Source of the DNA: a virus
Virus record (IMG/VR): IMGVR_UViG_3300020577_012950
Location: 36,117-68,116 of that record
Length of the DNA stretch: 32,000 bases
Direction: 5' to 3' (one strand)
A model generated the notes under the pieces. That model was not told the DNA's origin and did no database searches. It was given only the letters and a program-made list of their open reading frames with translations. Positions 1 to 9,200 of this stretch are shown piece after piece (position 1 is the stretch's first letter; each line of letters opens with the position of its first letter). The translations under genes and the position numbers were made by a program.

Positions 1-277
1 AAACCCCGGTTTTGATGTGTGAATCGTGACAGCTGGCACAGACTCGAATGGAGGCCCGGACTTCTCGGTCCAGGACGCCGTGCGGCTCCTCGTAGATCGA
101 CATGTAGGTTACCATCTGACCTTCCGGGAGGTTGCCGAGAGGAAAGTTGCAGATGTAGCAGCCGCGAAGGTTGCCAGTCACCCTGGCTCTGACTTTCATC
201 AGAGGTGGTGTCTCACGAGGCGCTTCCCGCACCTCAACGTCGTTGGTGATGAGGAACGGGGTCGCCCAGTCGCTCAT
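1..277 (-). CDS. hypothetical protein, N-terminal 92 codons only (gene runs off the window start)
   Basis: The frame is open from ATG 277-275, directly after TAA 280-278 of the upstream gene, to position 1. Translation MSDWATPFLITNDVEVREAPRETPPLMKVRARVTGNLRGCYICNF...CASCHDSHIKTG. Third positions are G/C-rich. It is missing from the ORF track only because it is truncated. Confidence 0.5.
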   Translation of the reverse strand, partial: MSDWATPFLITNDVEVREAPRETPPLMKVRARVTGNLRGCYICNFPLGNLPEGQMVTYMSIYEEPHGVLDREVRASIRVCASCHDSHIKTGV

Positions 278-703
278 TTACGGCTCGCTGATGCGAACAA
301 AGGACGCGTCGGCCTTGACAGTCGGACCGTCTTCGTCGAAGTCTGGGATGACCTGGACGGGGAGGGCCACCTGCAGCTGGCCGTCCAGGAAGTACTCACG
401 GCGTCGCACCACATCCGAGTTGACCCCTTTCACGTCCAGGGCGAAGAGCAGCTCCGGGAAGTCGGTGCTGAGCTGGCCCAGGGTCTTGCGCCACCAGCTC
501 ATGGCCAGAACGGAATCCGACGCCTCGAAGTCGCCCTCCAGGCTGTGGACGATGAGGGCGTCTTCCTCGGTGTAGTCCTGGCTCTCTTCAAGTCGGGTGC
601 TCATCGCCGCAACCTCCCGGCCGAAGATGTCCATGGACTTCGGAAAGGAGAAGCTGTTGGGGATGCTGAGGCTCAGCTGCAGCGTTTCAGGCGTGTCGCT
701 CAT
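278..703 (-). CDS. hypothetical protein (141 aa, acidic)
   Basis: The ORF has balanced composition (MSDTPETLQLSLSIPNSFSF...). Its start overlaps the upstream stop (700-703). It is part of an uninterrupted minus-strand gene chain. No family recognised. Confidence 0.7.
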   Translation of the reverse strand: MSDTPETLQLSLSIPNSFSFPKSMDIFGREVAAMSTRLEESQDYTEEDALIVHSLEGDFEASDSVLAMSWWRKTLGQLSTDFPELLFALDVKGVNSDVVRRREYFLDGQLQVALPVQVIPDFDEDGPTVKADASFVRISEP

Positions 704-1128
704 GAGTAGAGTTCCTTGTAGGCGCCGGCGAGAACCTCGGGAACATCGAAGCCGAACTCCTTGGCAACGGCGGCGAGATTCCGCTTCATGTCGGCGCCAG
801 AAGTTGAGGTGTCGTGGGCGGACTGGAGCCGGGAGAAGAGTCTGGAGGACATGCCGAGCAGGAGACCTTTGTCCTGGAAGAACGGGGCGCTGGAGTCCCA
901 GCTCTCCATCTCCGGACGGTACTGCTCGTCGGTGATGAGCTGGCCGATGGCGCAGCGGAGGCTGCCTTCGCCACGGTACCGGCAGTACTCTTTTTCTCCC
1001 TCCGGCTCCCCTACCGTCGGGATGTAGCCGTGGCGCTCGCTTGGCTTCAGAAGCTTGACGCTGCGGATGAAGTCCTGCTTCGCCAGGCCCTGCACGGATT
1101 CGAGGAAGTACTCGGCGTCGGTTTTCAT
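700..1128 (-). CDS. hypothetical protein (142 aa)
   Basis: The ORF reads MKTDAEYFLESVQGLAKQDF... Its start overlaps the upstream stop (1125-1128). The opposite-strand ORFs are Arg/Gly/Pro-rich shadows. No family recognised. Confidence 0.7.
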   Translation of the reverse strand: MKTDAEYFLESVQGLAKQDFIRSVKLLKPSERHGYIPTVGEPEGEKEYCRYRGEGSLRCAIGQLITDEQYRPEMESWDSSAPFFQDKGLLLGMSSRLFSRLQSAHDTSTSGADMKRNLAAVAKEFGFDVPEVLAGAYKELYS

Positions 1129-1466
1129 GTCGTGGATCCTACCTGGGGTTGAGGTTTGATGTCAAGGCTGGGTCTGCTGTGTTTGCGCTTCAGTTCGAGC
1201 GACCTGTAGTTGACGAGGGCGCCGCTGACCATGTCCTTCTTGTTTGGACGCTTCTTCCAGAAGAGGCGCGGGGTCTCAACTTTCATCCACCAGCGCCGCT
1301 CCGTCTTCGCCTGGCGCTCCACCGCTTCGTCGTGCAAGACCAGACATTCCGAGCAAGTGGCCTGAGCCAGGAGCGGTGTAGACTTCCTACCAGTTTTCCG
1401 GCCGACGTAGAGTCGGCACAGGGCCCGGAGATCCGAGGCGAGGAGGTGGACGGTGTCGGCGCTCAT
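1125..1466 (-). CDS. hypothetical basic protein (113 aa)
   Basis: The ORF reads MSADTVHLLASDLRALCRLYVGRK... It is preceded by a 33-nt gap holding a sigma70-like promoter and no SD. Confidence 0.65.
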   Translation of the reverse strand: MSADTVHLLASDLRALCRLYVGRKTGRKSTPLLAQATCSECLVLHDEAVERQAKTERRWWMKVETPRLFWKKRPNKKDMVSGALVNYRSLELKRKHSRPSLDIKPQPQVGSTT

Positions 1467-1472
1467 GGCCCG

Positions 1473-1503
1473 ATTATGTACATGAGGCTGAAACCGGCGT
1501 CAA
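1473..1503 (-). promoter_or_regulatory. sigma70-like promoter giving a leaderless transcript of the 1466 gene
   Basis: Minus strand reads TTGACG (1503-1498), 19 nt, CATAAT (1478-1473), 6 nt (cgggcc), ATG 1466. No SD lies in between. Confidence 0.4.
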
Positions 1504-1817
1504 GTCTTGATTTCAAAATTCTCAGCCGGGCTGGCGCAGCTGCAGCTGATGAGCCGTTCCCTGCAGGTGTCGCAGCGGTACCCGCCGTCAGTGACGGTAC
1601 AGACCCGGGACGGGAACTTCGGCTTGAGCTGCATCTGTGGCAACTTGGTGCCACACCAAGGGCAGTGAGCGATGAAGCCACTGTAGGCGCTGAGCTGCCA
1701 GCCGCGCCTTGCGTTGTTTTCTGGATCCACCCACCAGTGGATGTTCGGCACACCGTAACCGTTGCGTTCGGCCGCGTACCTACAGCACCCGGGTCCGGGA
1801 AGATTGGCAGGGTTCAT
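1500..1817 (-). CDS. Cys-rich, zinc-ribbon-like hypothetical protein (105 aa)
   Basis: It has nine Cys, including the pairs CPWCG and CDTC. Its start overlaps the upstream stop (1814-1817). Confidence 0.65.
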   Translation of the reverse strand: MNPANLPGPGCCRYAAERNGYGVPNIHWWVDPENNARRGWQLSAYSGFIAHCPWCGTKLPQMQLKPKFPSRVCTVTDGGYRCDTCRERLISCSCASPAENFEIKT

Positions 1818-2275
1818 GTGCCGCTCCTATCAGGCGCCAGAAAGCGCGTCAAGTGCCGCACCTCAATCTCACTGGCCTGGTATTGGGTCACCAGGAACTG
1901 CATCATCTCTCGTTCCTTCTCGGTGGCGGTGAAGCCAGGAACGTAGGACTTGGGCCAGCTGGCTTGGACCGCAGCTGGGGTCTCGTAGCCCTTGGCGATG
2001 GCGTCGTTCAGCTGCAACGTGTAGAGGTGGCCTTCGAAGACCTCCCGCTGAGCCCTCCAGTGAGCTTCGCGCCCTTTCAGGTAGGCTCGGGCATCGGACT
2101 CCTTGCCGCCGGCCTGAAGCCAGTCGTAGAACTCCTGGGCGGCAATATACCGGCCCTTGGCAACAGACGGCTGGTCGTACAAGCTGGTCAGCCAGATGTA
2201 CTGCCAGCCCTTGACCTTGCGGTGGACTTGGTGGGCCAGCGATTGGACGTGCTTCCTGTCGTAGATGTAGCTCAC
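1814..2275 (-). CDS. hypothetical protein (153 aa)
   Basis: The ORF reads MSYIYDRKHVQSLAHQVHRKVKGWQYIW... with balanced composition. Its start overlaps the upstream stop (2272-2275). Confidence 0.7.
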   Translation of the reverse strand: MSYIYDRKHVQSLAHQVHRKVKGWQYIWLTSLYDQPSVAKGRYIAAQEFYDWLQAGGKESDARAYLKGREAHWRAQREVFEGHLYTLQLNDAIAKGYETPAAVQASWPKSYVPGFTATEKEREMMQFLVTQYQASEIEVRHLTRFLAPDRSGT

Positions 2276-2646
2276 AGGGCCTCGACCGCTGCCTCGACCG
2301 CTGCGTCGGGCTCAGGCGTTTTAGCCTTCAGGTCTGCCGCCCAAGCCTCCAGGAAAGCCTGGTTCGACTCTTCACTGCCGTAGCGGCTCAACAGCTCGTC
2401 CATGCTGACAGCAGCACAGGAGCTGCAGAGCAACATCGTATGCTGCGTCTTGCCGAGCCGAATCGTGATAGACATCGTGCCAGGCAGGCGCTCTTCCGTG
2501 ACCTGTTTTGTCTGGCGCCAACGCCCGAATCCACCGCTGCGGCTGAAAAACATCCGGATCAACGTGGAGACGAACTTGTAGGCCGGCACCTTACACTTCC
2601 CGCAGACCCTCTTTGAAGGTCGGTCGAGGTCGATTTTCTGCTTCAT
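2272..2646 (-). CDS. hypothetical protein with two CxxC pairs (124 aa)
   Basis: The ORF reads MKQKIDLDRPSKRVCGKCKVPAYKF...LLCSSCAAV. It follows a 41-nt gap containing a -10-like box. Confidence 0.7.
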   Translation of the reverse strand: MKQKIDLDRPSKRVCGKCKVPAYKFVSTLIRMFFSRSGGFGRWRQTKQVTEERLPGTMSITIRLGKTQHTMLLCSSCAAVSMDELLSRYGSEESNQAFLEAWAADLKAKTPEPDAAVEAAVEAL

Positions 2647-2653
2647 GTCAGGA

Positions 2654-2661
2654 ACTATACA
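2654..2661 (-). promoter_or_regulatory. -10-like box (TGTATAGT) 7 nt upstream of ATG 2646
   Basis: Minus strand reads tgcTGTATAGTtcctgacATG. No SD is present. It is preceded by a short weak stem plus a T-run (ggggtttcttttt). Confidence 0.3.
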
Positions 2662-2687
2662 GCAGCTCCAGACAAAAAGAAACCCCT

Positions 2688-3161
2688 TCAGGAACGGGCC
2701 AGATACGCCGTAAAAGCCGGGAGGCGGTCTCCAGCTTCCAGGAAGCCAACGATGCGGTTACACTCGATACAGAGCAATCCGCGAACACGTCCAGTCTTGT
2801 GGCAGTGGTCTACGGCCAGGGCCTGCCCTGAAGGACACGGACGCCGGCAGATCCTGCAGACTCGCTCCTGCGCATACTCCATGCGGGCGTAGTCTTCAAG
2901 GGTGAGGGCGAACTTACGCAACTGAGATTCAGCAAGCTTCCAACAGCAGAGCTGACAGGCTGTCGTCGTTTTGAGCGGGAACCGACCGCAACGATTACAG
3001 AGACCCTTCTTAAGGCGCTCGATACGTGCGGACTCAAGGTTTGCCTTGCACTTGGCGCACATCTTCAGGCCAAAGAGAAGGGGCTCTGTAGGATGATTCC
3101 CACAGAGCCCCTTCAAAATTCGTTCTAGTCGCCGCTGTTTACTAACTGCTGGAGATGGCAT
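2688..3161 (-). CDS. recombination endonuclease VII family nuclease (157 aa) with an extra N-terminal Cys-rich region
   Basis: The C-terminal half reads CRICRRPCPSGQALAVDHCHKTGRVRGLLCIECNRIVGFLE. This matches the Endonuclease_7 signature C-x-x-C ... DH-x-H-x-TG-x-VRGLLC-x-x-CN-x-x-x-G. Confidence 0.85.
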   Translation of the reverse strand: MPSPAVSKQRRLERILKGLCGNHPTEPLLFGLKMCAKCKANLESARIERLKKGLCNRCGRFPLKTTTACQLCCWKLAESQLRKFALTLEDYARMEYAQERVCRICRRPCPSGQALAVDHCHKTGRVRGLLCIECNRIVGFLEAGDRLPAFTAYLARS

Positions 3162-3181
3162 TCCAGCAGCATATCACAGGG

Positions 3182-3655
3182 TTACGGAAGATCACTAGCC
3201 CCAGGAAGTTCACTGTTCTCGGTGTCCTCGTCGTCGACGAGCAACCCCATGAAGGTGATGCTGACTTCTTCCGGCTGACGATTCACCAGGGCCGTGTTGT
3301 AGCTGGTCGGGCGGACGCTGTGAATCTTGGCGACGCGCTTCTGCGTGTCACGGTCGAAGATGGCCAGCTCGATGTACTCGTGGCGGAGCAGGTCGGCCAG
3401 TTTCGGCACCTTCGCGGTCGTGTGAGGACCGGCACCGATGACTCGCCAGCCGCTGGCGCTGATTGACACAGCCTCCTGGCTGGTGTAGACAATCTCAGCC
3501 GGGCTGTAGCGGCCCAGAATCGAGATTGCTTCGGCACCATAGACGAGGCCGTAGCTGATGTTGTTGAAGATGCCGACCACCTTGCCTTCGCCGGTGTTCG
3601 GATCCACGATGAGGACCTGGGCTCGGGCCCCGGTCATGGTTTTCGCTGCGGCCAT
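3182..3655 (-). CDS. putative tail tube protein (157 aa)
   Basis: The gene starts 29 nt downstream of the sheath gene, has tube-like size and a strong SD (AAGGAG). The beta-rich sequence reads GARAQVLIVDPNTGEGKVVGIFNNISYGLVYGAEAISILG... The call rests mainly on synteny. Confidence 0.55.
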   Translation of the reverse strand: MAAAKTMTGARAQVLIVDPNTGEGKVVGIFNNISYGLVYGAEAISILGRYSPAEIVYTSQEAVSISASGWRVIGAGPHTTAKVPKLADLLRHEYIELAIFDRDTQKRVAKIHSVRPTSYNTALVNRQPEEVSITFMGLLVDDEDTENSELPGASDLP

Positions 3656-3683
3656 GCTTTACTCCTTGGAAAAGATGGAAGTG

Positions 3684-6230
3684 TTACCCGCCGGCCCGCT
3701 GCGACACGGGCGAGACCAGGAACGAGATGGGGATGAAGTAAATCGCGCCAGCCAGCTTGATTTCGACCTGCACAATCATGGCAGGACCGGAAATCTGGAT
3801 GACGGCGTTCTTGAACCCCTTCGGAGCGTCGTCGCTGGGGGCAATCAGCTTCAACCGGAGGAAGTCCGCCATGATGCCTTCCAGGAAGGACAGGGCGATG
3901 GCGGCGCTGATGTCAGCCACGGACTGGCCAACAAAGGCCTTCTCCATGCGCTCGGCCGTGGTCAGGGCCACGATGTCGGCGCAGTACACAGCCTGGATGC
4001 TGTTGTAGACGAAGTTCGTGTCCTTACCGTAGGTGGTCTGGTCCGAAATCCAGGAGAAGCCACCGGTGCTGAGGCGTTCCGCCGGCAGCAGACCCGAGGT
4101 GAGAGCGTCTTCGACCTGGGTGTCGTCACGGTCGGAGAAGCTGCCGTCCCGCATCAGGACGCCGCTGGTGTTGATGCCCTTGTTGAAGATGGCCCGGTTG
4201 AAGGCGGCAGCCTGCATACCGGCCGCCAGGGTCGCACCCATCCAGGACTGGAACTGGGTGAGGACGCCGGCGCTGTTCACCTGCTTGAAGTCCTGGAAGG
4301 CCAGGCTGACGCGGAAGCTGGCCAAATCGGCAGCAGCGGCCCGAGCCAAGGTGAAGGTCGAGGTCTTCGACGTGAAGGCCTGGCGGTTCTTCCGCTTCTT
4401 CAGGGTCGACATCTTGAGGACGTGGGTCTTCGCGTAGGCATTGACGGTGTCCACGGCGTAGGTGCTGCTGGATTCAGTGAGGCTGTCGGCGATGTCCGAG
4501 GCAGCGTCGCGGCTGATGAGGGGCACCAGGAAGTTGCCGCGCACCTTCTCCAGGGCGTCGATGGCAGCCACGAAGTCGGCAGCCAGAGTTCCACCCTTGA
4601 GGCCGCCAGCCAGGTACGTGACGGCGGTCGTCGGAGCCGGGAGACCCGAGCCGGCCTGAGCAGCGGGGTTGCCGAGCTGCACCAGAACGGACTCCTGGTC
4701 AATCTTGTTGAAGAAGCGGTAGCCGTCAATCTTGATGCGGCCGTTCTTCTCGCCGAAGCTCGTGCAGATGCCCTGAGCCGTGACGTTGTCCAGGGCCGTG
4801 GTCGGCAGGCTGCCGAGAACCGTCGAGCCAACACTGCAGGTGTAGCCAGTCTGGGAGTTGATGAACGTCGCCAGGTCGGCGATGGTCGGGAAGTCCGCCA
4901 GCGTGATGCTGAGGTTGCCGCCGCTGCCGCCGGTGACGGTAGTCGTCAACGTGGTGTCGGTGATGGTGATGGTGGCGGTCGTACCGGTGTAGCCGAGCTT
5001 GAGCCCGATTTCGCCGCCGGCAATCAGCTCTTCGCTGATGGCGTCAACCTGACGGCTGACCTGCAGGTTGGCGCGGTACTCGCTGGCCGAGGTGAGGAGC
5101 TTCGCGGCACCAGTGGCCGAGACCCAGGTCACAGCCGTGGTGGTGCCGAGCTGGAACGCGGTCCGGGACAGGAGGTCGGTACCGGAGGTGAGCTGGGAAA
5201 TCTCCAGGCTCTTGCCGATGCCGTCCACGGGGTTGCCGGAGTCGATGCTGATGGTGATGGGCGACCAGGCGCGGGCATCGTTGGCCGGAGTCGCGGAGCC
5301 AGCCACGGGCCCGATGTCGACGGGGTTCGTGATGGTGCCGATGACCGGAGCCGGAGAAGCCTTGCCGGCGTCACTGAGCTTCGTGGCGCGGAGGGTAGTA
5401 GCGGTGGAAGCCGTGATGACGTAGGCGCCGACGTTCTCCTGGCTGGCACCAGCAATCACGGAGCCAACAGGAATGGTGAGGGTGTCGCCGACGGTCGGAG
5501 TCACGGCCCAGGCCACGCTGCGGGTCAGGTCGATGATGGTTGCTTCTCCCGGCAGCCCGGTGGGGTTCGCGTCAACGGTCAGGGTGCCGACGCTGGCGGT
5601 CAGGATGACGCGGTCGACGCCACCGCTGGCCACAACACCGGCGAGGCCGTCGATGGTCGACTGGAGGCTGGCGGGGGTGGTGTTGGCGGCGAGAGTTCCA
5701 CCGACCACGGCTCCACCGTTGGCGCGGATGCCGTACGCCACAGTCCCGACGGCCGGGATGTAGGTGAAGCTGGAGGTGGTCGGAACCACTTCAGCCACGG
5801 AGGTCGCAACCTGGAAGTAGATGAGGTTGCCGAGCTTGCCGTAGCTCTTGTCGAGCAGCGCCCCGTAGGTACCGGCGGCGAAGTTCAACAGGTTGGCAGT
5901 CGCCTTGGTGCTGTTGTTGGTCTTGACGAGGATGATGCGGGACGGGCTGCCGGCAATCAGAGGGTCGTTGGCCGGCTGCGCAGCGGCACGGAAGGCCTCA
6001 ACGAGGGGGCCGGACTTGTACTTGGCGAGAACCGCCGACAGCTGATCCGGACCAAAGGCGTTGTCTTCGAGGTCCGTCTCAAGGCTGAAACGAGGCCCAG
6101 TGTCGGCTTCACCGACCAGCATCAGGACGCCGGTCGTGGCGAGGCCGCCGTTGGCGTTCTGCACCGAAATCTGGCTGTAGGCGCCGGGGCGAATGAGGGT
6201 GCCGGCGGTGGTGACGTAACTCTGTGCCAT
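3684..6230 (-). CDS. contractile tail sheath protein (848 aa)
   Basis: The N-terminus reads ...IRPGAYSQISVQNANGGLATTGVLMLVGEADTGP. The C-terminus reads ...GFKNAVIQISGPAMIVQVEIKLAGAIYFIPISFLV. Both resemble the conserved sheath terminal domains, and the middle is long and Thr/Ala/Gly-rich. A tube-size gene follows directly. Confidence 0.8.
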   Translation of the reverse strand: MAQSYVTTAGTLIRPGAYSQISVQNANGGLATTGVLMLVGEADTGPRFSLETDLEDNAFGPDQLSAVLAKYKSGPLVEAFRAAAQPANDPLIAGSPSRIILVKTNNSTKATANLLNFAAGTYGALLDKSYGKLGNLIYFQVATSVAEVVPTTSSFTYIPAVGTVAYGIRANGGAVVGGTLAANTTPASLQSTIDGLAGVVASGGVDRVILTASVGTLTVDANPTGLPGEATIIDLTRSVAWAVTPTVGDTLTIPVGSVIAGASQENVGAYVITASTATTLRATKLSDAGKASPAPVIGTITNPVDIGPVAGSATPANDARAWSPITISIDSGNPVDGIGKSLEISQLTSGTDLLSRTAFQLGTTTAVTWVSATGAAKLLTSASEYRANLQVSRQVDAISEELIAGGEIGLKLGYTGTTATITITDTTLTTTVTGGSGGNLSITLADFPTIADLATFINSQTGYTCSVGSTVLGSLPTTALDNVTAQGICTSFGEKNGRIKIDGYRFFNKIDQESVLVQLGNPAAQAGSGLPAPTTAVTYLAGGLKGGTLAADFVAAIDALEKVRGNFLVPLISRDAASDIADSLTESSSTYAVDTVNAYAKTHVLKMSTLKKRKNRQAFTSKTSTFTLARAAAADLASFRVSLAFQDFKQVNSAGVLTQFQSWMGATLAAGMQAAAFNRAIFNKGINTSGVLMRDGSFSDRDDTQVEDALTSGLLPAERLSTGGFSWISDQTTYGKDTNFVYNSIQAVYCADIVALTTAERMEKAFVGQSVADISAAIALSFLEGIMADFLRLKLIAPSDDAPKGFKNAVIQISGPAMIVQVEIKLAGAIYFIPISFLVSPVSQRAGG

Positions 6231-6259
6231 GGTAGCAGTTCTCCTAGAAAGTCAAGTGG

Positions 6260-6266
6260 AAGATTA
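6260..6266 (-). promoter_or_regulatory. YAATCTT element (candidate phage late -10 box) upstream of the sheath gene
   Basis: Minus strand reads cgcaccTAATCTTccacttgactttctAGGAGaactgctaccATG. There are 29 nt between the element and the ATG. Confidence 0.4.
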
Positions 6267-6276
6267 GGTGCGGCTC

Positions 6277-9200
6277 TTACTTGCCGGGGAACAGCTTCCC
6301 GAAGATGCCGGCACGCTTGGTGACGCCAGCCGCTTTGGGGCTGTTGAGACTCGGCAGGGCCGTACCGACCTTCGGGGGCCGGGCCACGGTGTCAAGGCCT
6401 GAGCTGACAGGGGCTTTGGGCTGGAATGCACCCTGAGCTGCAGCGTGGAAGCCCTGGGCGCGAGCCGCCTGCTGAGCCTGGCCAGGAAGCTTGACCGGAG
6501 CCGCAGCGGGGGCGCCGAAGCCAGGAGCAGTTGAGGCAGCGTGAGACTGCATCTGACGCTTCACGTCAGGGGTGAGCGAAGCCTTTTCCAGCTCAGCCTT
6601 CATGGCCGGGGCCTTGGGAGCTGCCGGAGCCTTGGGGGCAGAGGTGGGAACGGCGGTGCCCATGTTCTTGCCGCTGGGGGGCTTGGCCATCGGCGGCTGA
6701 GCCTTGGCGAAGCTGGTGTTCTTCGTCGGGCCAGGGTTGCCACCGGGCTGAATGTCTTCGCCCATCAACTTCGGACCACCGGGGATGCTCTTGCCGAGCT
6801 TGTTCTTTTCCTGGTTGTCGTTGCTGTCGTGGAAGACGGCCTTGCTGCCGGCGTCGACGCGGGACCGGTGGACAACCTTGAGGGACTTGGCCTCGGGGTG
6901 GTCCTTGCGGGCGTCGTGCGCATCTTCCTTGTCTTCATTGCCACCGACGACTCGACCCGTCTCTTTGTGGACCAGGTAGTAGTTGTACGGGTCGCTGTCC
7001 GACTTCTGGATGTCGACGAGGCTCTTTGCCAGGGCCTTTCCAGGCAGAATGTAGCCGCCGCTGCCGGGGTCCTTCTTGGTGCCGGCGTTGATGACCTTGG
7101 TTTTTGCCGGAGGCATCTTCGAGCCGGCCACGGTGTGGTTGTCGCTGGCCTTGCCCTTGGCGTCGACGAGGTCAGACTTGCCAATCTTCATGTCGCCGCA
7201 CTTGTTCAGCTCGTGAGCCTTGCCGCAGGTCTTGCAGAGAGCTTCAGCCTTCTTCTCAGACATCGCCATGGCCGGACCCGGGGCCTGAGTCGTCATGTTC
7301 GGAGTCGGGCCCGTGCTGGGACCGGTCTTCTTCATGGTCTTGTCGATGCCCTTGCCATTGGCCTTGCCGGGCGGGACGTCCTCGGTGCCCATGCTGGCCT
7401 GCATACCCTGGTTGTGGTTGTGGGTCGGAATCGCAGCCTTCTTCAGCTCGCGGTCGCGCAGGGCCTTGATTTCCGTCTCAAAGGCCTGGACCTTCTCGCG
7501 GGTCGCCTTCAGGAGAATTGACTGCGCTTCTTCGATACTGTAGGTCTTCTCGGACATGTTGTTTCCTTCAGCAGTAGAGATTGCCGTTTCAGACTTGCCC
7601 CAGAACTTGGCAGCAACCTGCTTGTCCTTCTCTGAGGAGGGAGCAGGGCGGACCCGGGAGGGGTTGTAGTCGGGCTCCTGGGTCGTCCAAGCGGTTTTTG
7701 GGTGATAGGTCCCGTGCTCCGCATAGGGCACGGTGGCCGGGGAATGACCGGGCAGGTGCTGTTCAGTGGTGGTGAAGTTGTGGTCGCTGATGCTGTTTTC
7801 GACATCGCGGGGGCCGATGTCACCTTGCACCGTGTAACCGGCCTTGCTGGCTCGGGCGCGCAGACTCGCGAGACTACGAGCGGTGAGGCTCATCTTCTGT
7901 CCGTTGACATGACCTCGACGTTGAAGGCTGCTGGTCATGAAGGTCGGCACGACAGCCTCTTCAATGTCCGGCAGCTTCACCGCCGGCGCTGTATGCTCTT
8001 TGAAGTCGCCTGTACCACCGTTCTCGTAGAACTGGTCGCGAGCCACCGGCTCATTGGCGAAGCCGGAGGCGTTGGCGATGTTTTCCTTCTCGTCCTTCGG
8101 CCAGGCCTTCTGCAGCTCCTTCTTCATCGTGACTTTGGCGCCGACACCGAGTCCGGCGTTCTGCACGGAGTTCAGGTGCTGGGTCAGCATGGAGTGAATC
8201 TGCTTGCCCTGGGGGTGAGCATGAAGAGCTGAGAGGAAGGCGGGGTGGTGCATGTGGCTGGTGATGAAGCGGCCACGAGCCGGGTCACCCTTGGGCAGAG
8301 CCTTCAGGCCACCCATGAAGCCTTCAACACTGTTGTGCAGGGCCGGAGCAGTCGGAGCCTGGGGCTGACCCGGAAGAGCCTTCTTGATGTCGTTCTTCTG
8401 CATGTTCTTCCCGAGGACGTCATGAAGGCCCTGAAGCCCGAGCTGGTGCCCGGCGTCACGAACCATCTGAAGTGAGGTGTGGAGTGGAACCTTGTGGCTG
8501 TGCGGAACAAAGCCCTCACCGCTGGGCTCGGTGAACTTGCCGGTGACGGCGCGATGAGCCGCGTCGTGCATGACGGTGTTCAGCTCCCGGTGGAAGTCTT
8601 CGTCTTTGACGTTGACGCCGATTTGCTTGGACAATTCCCGCTGCTTGTGGGCAGCCAACCACTCCCAGTGAACGGCGCGCAGGGCTTCGTTCATGGTGCG
8701 GTGCGTACCGAGCTTGCCGATGCGTCGACCTTCGCCGTAGAGCTTGTTGACTTCCGGGTAGGTGAGGGCGTGGCTCAGCTCGTGAATCTGTCGCCAGCCT
8801 CGCGTGTAGGCCTCGTGACCGAAGTCGCCACCACTGGCAGGCGTCGGGTCATAGACCATGAGGTGGCCGGTGTTGTAGTTCTTGTTGCCCAGGTCCGGCT
8901 TGCCGTACTTGCCGCCGGCGTAGTAGGTCTTGAAACCGTGGTCGGAGACGAGCTTCTCAATCTGCGGCAGCTTAGACTCGTACGGGTAGTGGAGCAGGTT
9001 CGAGCCCTTGCCGGGCTGGACGTTGCCGAAGGGCAGGGCGAACTGCTTGTAGGTGCTGACACCGACACCAGCCGCCTGGTCGTTCTTGGGCGGGGCGTCC
9101 ATGTGCGGGTGCGGCTCACCGTGCTTGGCCAGACCTGGGAGCTGGGGCGCAGCCAGGTCTTCCTGGTTGTGGTCGGTGTGGCCGTCGTGCCACTCGTAGT

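Noticed and set aside
26-709. 227-aa plus-strand ORF at the window start (plus 171-575 and 597-935)
   Set aside because: It is antisense to the 278-703 gene and the truncated 1-277 gene, and has shadow-type composition. The minus-strand ORFs tile without gaps.
2647-2687. Rho-independent terminator after the endonuclease VII gene
   Set aside because: The T-run (tttcttttt on the minus strand) is preceded by a stem of only about 3 bp (CCC/GGG). This is too weak to call, and it is recorded only as context for the TATAGT box.
3182-6230. The sheath/tube pair as a bacterial contractile injection system (T6SS, eCIS or tailocin) rather than a phage
   Set aside because: The context contains an endolysin, endonuclease VII, dNMP kinase, deoxyribonucleotidase, a tRNA-like gene and fibre genes. 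No TssB/C split, ClpV, Hcp/VgrG or AAA+ signature is visible. A domesticated prophage-derived element cannot be excluded from 32 kb alone.
3558-6323. 921-aa plus-strand ORF, the longest plus-strand ORF in this part of the window
   Set aside because: It lies exactly antisense to the sheath gene. The translation is Gly/Arg/Val/Asp/Ala-rich with almost no Lys, Asn, Ile, Phe or Tyr, and shows no motifs. This is a typical shadow ORF of high-GC coding sequence, whereas the minus-strand product has clear sheath terminal domains.
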